Source of the DNA: an uncultured virus (IMG/VR IMGVR_UViG_3300006735_000024)
Lineage: Duplodnaviria > Heunggongvirae > Uroviricota > Caudoviricetes
Strand: one strand, 5' to 3'
Virus record (IMG/VR): IMGVR_UViG_3300006735_000024
Length of the DNA stretch: 20,000 nucleotides
The first letter of the stretch is position 1, and each line of letters starts with the position of its first letter. The notes beneath the pieces are model-generated. The model was given only the letters and a program-made list of their open reading frames with translations. It searched no databases and had not been told where the DNA came from. The position numbers and the translations under genes are program-made. Positions 18,018 to 20,000 of this stretch are shown one piece after another.

Positions 18018-18329
18018 TCACGTTGTAAGTTTAAGACCAGCACCGGAGATAGGTCCCTTCTCGGGAACTACGATACCAGAACCGAATGAAGAACTATACT
18101 GGTTTACCAGTTCAGTCATTGGTGGGATTACAAACACAACATACTTCTTGTTGATTTCAATTCCATTTTCAATATCCGCATATGGCAACCACTGTCCAAA
18201 TGCAAGTTGATCTCTACCAGCAGGAATGAGAATAGCGGGATTCTTCAATGTATAACTATCATCATTCTCTGTTACCTTGGCAACAATTTCTTCACCAGTA
18301 CTCAATCTAACAATTTGTGTTTCACTCAT
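18018..18329 (-). CDS. Conserved T4-like phage protein, predicted Sm/Lsm-like fold
   Basis: IVRLSTGEEIVAKV...LKNP...WLPY...VVF..P..ELVNQY...FGSGIVVP is typical of this phage family. The fold assignment is from recall. Confidence 0.7.
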   Translation of the reverse strand: MSETQIVRLSTGEEIVAKVTENDDSYTLKNPAILIPAGRDQLAFGQWLPYADIENGIEINKKYVVFVIPPMTELVNQYSSSFGSGIVVPEKGPISGAGLKLTT

Positions 18330-18463
18330 TTTTTAGTATCCTTTTTCTTTTCTTTGGGTTTAGTTTTTTTGTTTTTTCCGAATGCAGATTCCCAACCTGC
18401 ATCGTATTTCTTTTGATCTACGGGTCTATATCTACCACCCTTTCCTGCTTGCCCATCAACCAT
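18326..18463 (-). CDS. Small basic hypothetical protein (45 aa)
   Basis: MVDGQAGKGGRYRPVDQKKYDAGWESAFGK..., with a GKG..RP....Y...W...F pattern seen in small phage proteins. GAGG RBS; ATGA overlap with the next gene. Confidence 0.7.
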   Translation of the reverse strand: MVDGQAGKGGRYRPVDQKKYDAGWESAFGKNKKTKPKEKKKDTKK

Positions 18464-18662
18464 CTTCACATTCCTCTTGTACATTTTCGCACACCGTAAC
18501 ACTTCCCGGTAAAGAATTGATCCAGTCGTTTGCGGCAGAAATATCATCCAGTACTTGGTTGCATGTGCATCGATCCGCAGGAGTGCAAATTAAGTCACAA
18601 CTTTCATATGTAAGTTTTGCCTTCAATCCACGAATTACACTTTCATTTGGTTCTATACTCAT
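18456..18662 (-). CDS. Small Cys-containing hypothetical protein (68 aa)
   Basis: Start at MSIEPNES with AAGGAG RBS and an upstream CATACATA late-type box. Confidence 0.65.
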   Translation of the reverse strand: MSIEPNESVIRGLKAKLTYESCDLICTPADRCTCNQVLDDISAANDWINSLPGSVTVCENVQEECEDG

Positions 18663-18715
18663 AATGTTCTCCTTGTACATAAGTATTCTACTATATGTAT
18701 GGTGCAATTGCAAAT

Positions 18716-18767
18716 AAAAAAAGGGACGGTAAGGAATCTTTTTTATAAAGACTCAACCTACCGTCCC
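18716..18767 (-). terminator. Long-stem intrinsic terminator
   Basis: Minus strand: GGGACGGTAGG..GAGTCTTT-loop-AAAGATTC-CTTACCGTCCC followed by T7. Confidence 0.8.
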
Positions 18768-18769
18768 TC

Positions 18770-18980
18770 TGGAAATCATGGACGGGAAGGATTAACATTT
18801 ACCTTCAACTTTCGGGGTCATCTAGTTGATTATTCCCTACTCGCACTACGCTTGAGTCAGTTAAACTCTGCTACACTCATTTGAGCATTCACACCCCACT
18901 ACAGGGAACCGCATACATTATTTCCAATAACAAAAAACATTCTGTCACCGTCCTATGCGGGAGTAATTAATTCCCACATA
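18770..18980 (-). ncRNA. Candidate structured ncRNA (multi-stem, two putative pseudoknots), family unknown
   Basis: No credible ORF; at least 8 manually identified helices; flanked by a boxA-like site and a terminator. Confidence 0.7.
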
Positions 18981-19028
18981 TCTTTATTCAATTGTCAAAG
19001 CACCGGCGAGGCGGTTAAGCCCCGCCGG
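18973..19028 (-). promoter_or_regulatory. rrn-like antitermination leader (boxB hairpin, boxA, boxC)
   Basis: CCGGCGGGGC/GCCTCGCCGG hairpin, then TGCTTTGACAATT, then TATGTGGG. Confidence 0.55.
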
Positions 19029-19036
19029 GCATAATC

Positions 19037-19145
19037 GATTTTAGTTAGTACTCTCTACAGCACTTGCAGATTCAACAGGATACAAAACGAGCCTGCATAA
19101 TATAATCCACTCCATTCGATTGACACCACTCAATCAACTAAAATC
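19037..19145 (-). ncRNA. Candidate multi-branch structured RNA element
   Basis: A perfect 10-bp closing stem GATTTTAGTT/AACTAAAATC encloses three hairpins. Confidence 0.5.
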
Positions 19146-19164
19146 ATGGTAGGTAAGACTCGGA

Positions 19165-19422
19165 TCAGCAGAGTCCTGCACGGATCGCATGTGGGTTATC
19201 AGTGTAACCGTTGAAATCCATTCCGTAGGAAGTCTTACCACTGGGGGTATCATTGGTGGTAACGCTCCAGTTACCGTATGCTTCAACCTGTGACTTGATG
19301 TTGCTCATGGTTGCACGCATGTTACCGACACCGAATCGGCTCTTTGCTTGTGAAGCAGTAAGGGTGTTGCCCTTGGCAAGATAATCCATTACTCGACGCT
19401 TCTTTGAAACTGTGTTGCTCAT
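19165..19422 (-). CDS. Small winged-HTH-like DNA-binding protein
   Basis: KKRRVMDYLAKGNTLTASQAKSRFGVGNMRATMSNIK pattern (HTH_39-like); AGGAG RBS. Confidence 0.75.
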   Translation of the reverse strand: MSNTVSKKRRVMDYLAKGNTLTASQAKSRFGVGNMRATMSNIKSQVEAYGNWSVTTNDTPSGKTSYGMDFNGYTDNPHAIRAGLC

Positions 19423-19514
19423 AATTATGAACTCCTAAAAACTAATGCGACTCTAAGTAAGAAAGGGTTAGATACTCGTCGCAGTCGTATCCGTTCCCTG
19501 ATTGTTATACTAAT

Positions 19515-19543
19515 AGTATACTCTATACTATTCTAATTGTCAA
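19515..19543 (-). promoter_or_regulatory. Strong sigma70-type (early) promoter
   Basis: TTGACA-17 nt-TATACT upstream of the HTH gene. Confidence 0.85.
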
Positions 19544-19634
19544 TCCTTTTACTGGATAAAATCATTCTTTTTTCTGCCTCTTCTTCGTGTGTTTAAATGT
19601 GGTCAAACTTTAGACCACATAAATTGGCAATCAA

Positions 19635-19707
19635 TGAGTCAGGCGGGACTCGAACCCGCGACGAACGGTTTAAAAGACCGCTACTCTACCAACTGAGTTA
19701 CTGACCC
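19635..19707 (-). tRNA. tRNA-Lys(UUU)
   Basis: Acceptor GGGTCAG/CTGACTC, anticodon arm GCGGT-CTTTTAA-ACCGT, T-arm GCGGG-TTCGAGT-CCCGC, A73. Confidence 0.95.
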
Positions 19708-19715
19708 TAAATGAG

Positions 19716-20000
19716 TCAGTGTTTCAATTCCAACTCTGATGGTAATGGCGATTCATAATAAATGTCAAGTCCAAGGGCCTTTGCAAGATGCCATTCTGCC
19801 TTTGCACCGCGACTCTTTTCCCACTCCGACATCATATAGATTGCAGTACACTCGTCACAAATGGCAACCATGTCTCGCTTGAGTGCTTGACGCATATACT
19901 CATGGTCTTCATAGTTGTTATCTGGGTCGAACTGCATAGGTCCGTTAATTGGTTTTTCATCATTCCTGTCCATCTCTGCGGGATTGATTACATTCCAACC
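19716..20000 (-). CDS. DUF4406 / nucleoside-deoxyribosyltransferase-like protein (5' end outside the window)
   Basis: The frame stays open to the edge (GWNVINPAEM...). Motif CTAIYMMSEWEKSRGAKAEWHLAKALG. Confidence 0.8.
   Translation of the reverse strand, partial: GWNVINPAEMDRNDEKPINGPMQFDPDNNYEDHEYMRQALKRDMVAICDECTAIYMMSEWEKSRGAKAEWHLAKALGLDIYYESPLPSELELKH

Noticed and set aside
18699..18884. 61-aa plus-strand ORF over the structured region
   Set aside because: No RBS, opposite to all neighbouring genes, and overlaps the terminator and helices.
18890..18920. Resemblance of GTATGCGGTTC...GGGG to group II intron domain V/VI
   Set aside because: The 5' GAGCCG arm and catalytic triad are missing, and no interrupted gene or reverse transcriptase is nearby.
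18993..18998. TTGACA as a -35 element
   Set aside because: No -10 at 16-18 nt; better explained as part of a boxA-like sequence.
19597..19620. 8-bp inverted repeat ATGTGGTC/GACCACAT after tRNA-Lys
   Set aside because: Single occurrence; could be a weak terminator or operator, but nothing supports a specific call.

Overview
AT-rich segment of a T4-like myovirus (cyanophage/pelagiphage-style gene order, probably uncultured). Left to right: a baseplate/tail module (partial gp6, gp25, a gp27-type hub apparently split into two genes around a 983-aa Cys-rich protein, gp53, gp48, gp4, gp54-like, gp26, gp51, and a short tape-measure-like gene), then gp32 and gp33, then two large putative virion proteins. 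The right end is a minus-strand accessory region with four tRNAs (Ile-UAU, Leu-UAA, Arg-UCU, Lys-UUU), a Zn-dependent deaminase, an Sm-like protein, small basic proteins, an HTH protein and a DUF4406-like protein. The main findings are three. (1) A ~450-nt non-coding, highly structured minus-strand region (18715-19160). It holds a doubly pseudoknotted ~190-nt RNA, preceded by an rRNA-operon-like boxB/boxA/boxC leader, followed by a terminator with switch-like alternative pairing, and lying upstream of an Sm-like gene. (2) A likely programmed -1 frameshift fusing gp26 and gp51. (3) The split hub with its Cys-rich insert, with no gp5 at its usual position. All family assignments come from motif recall and manual folding; no searches were run.
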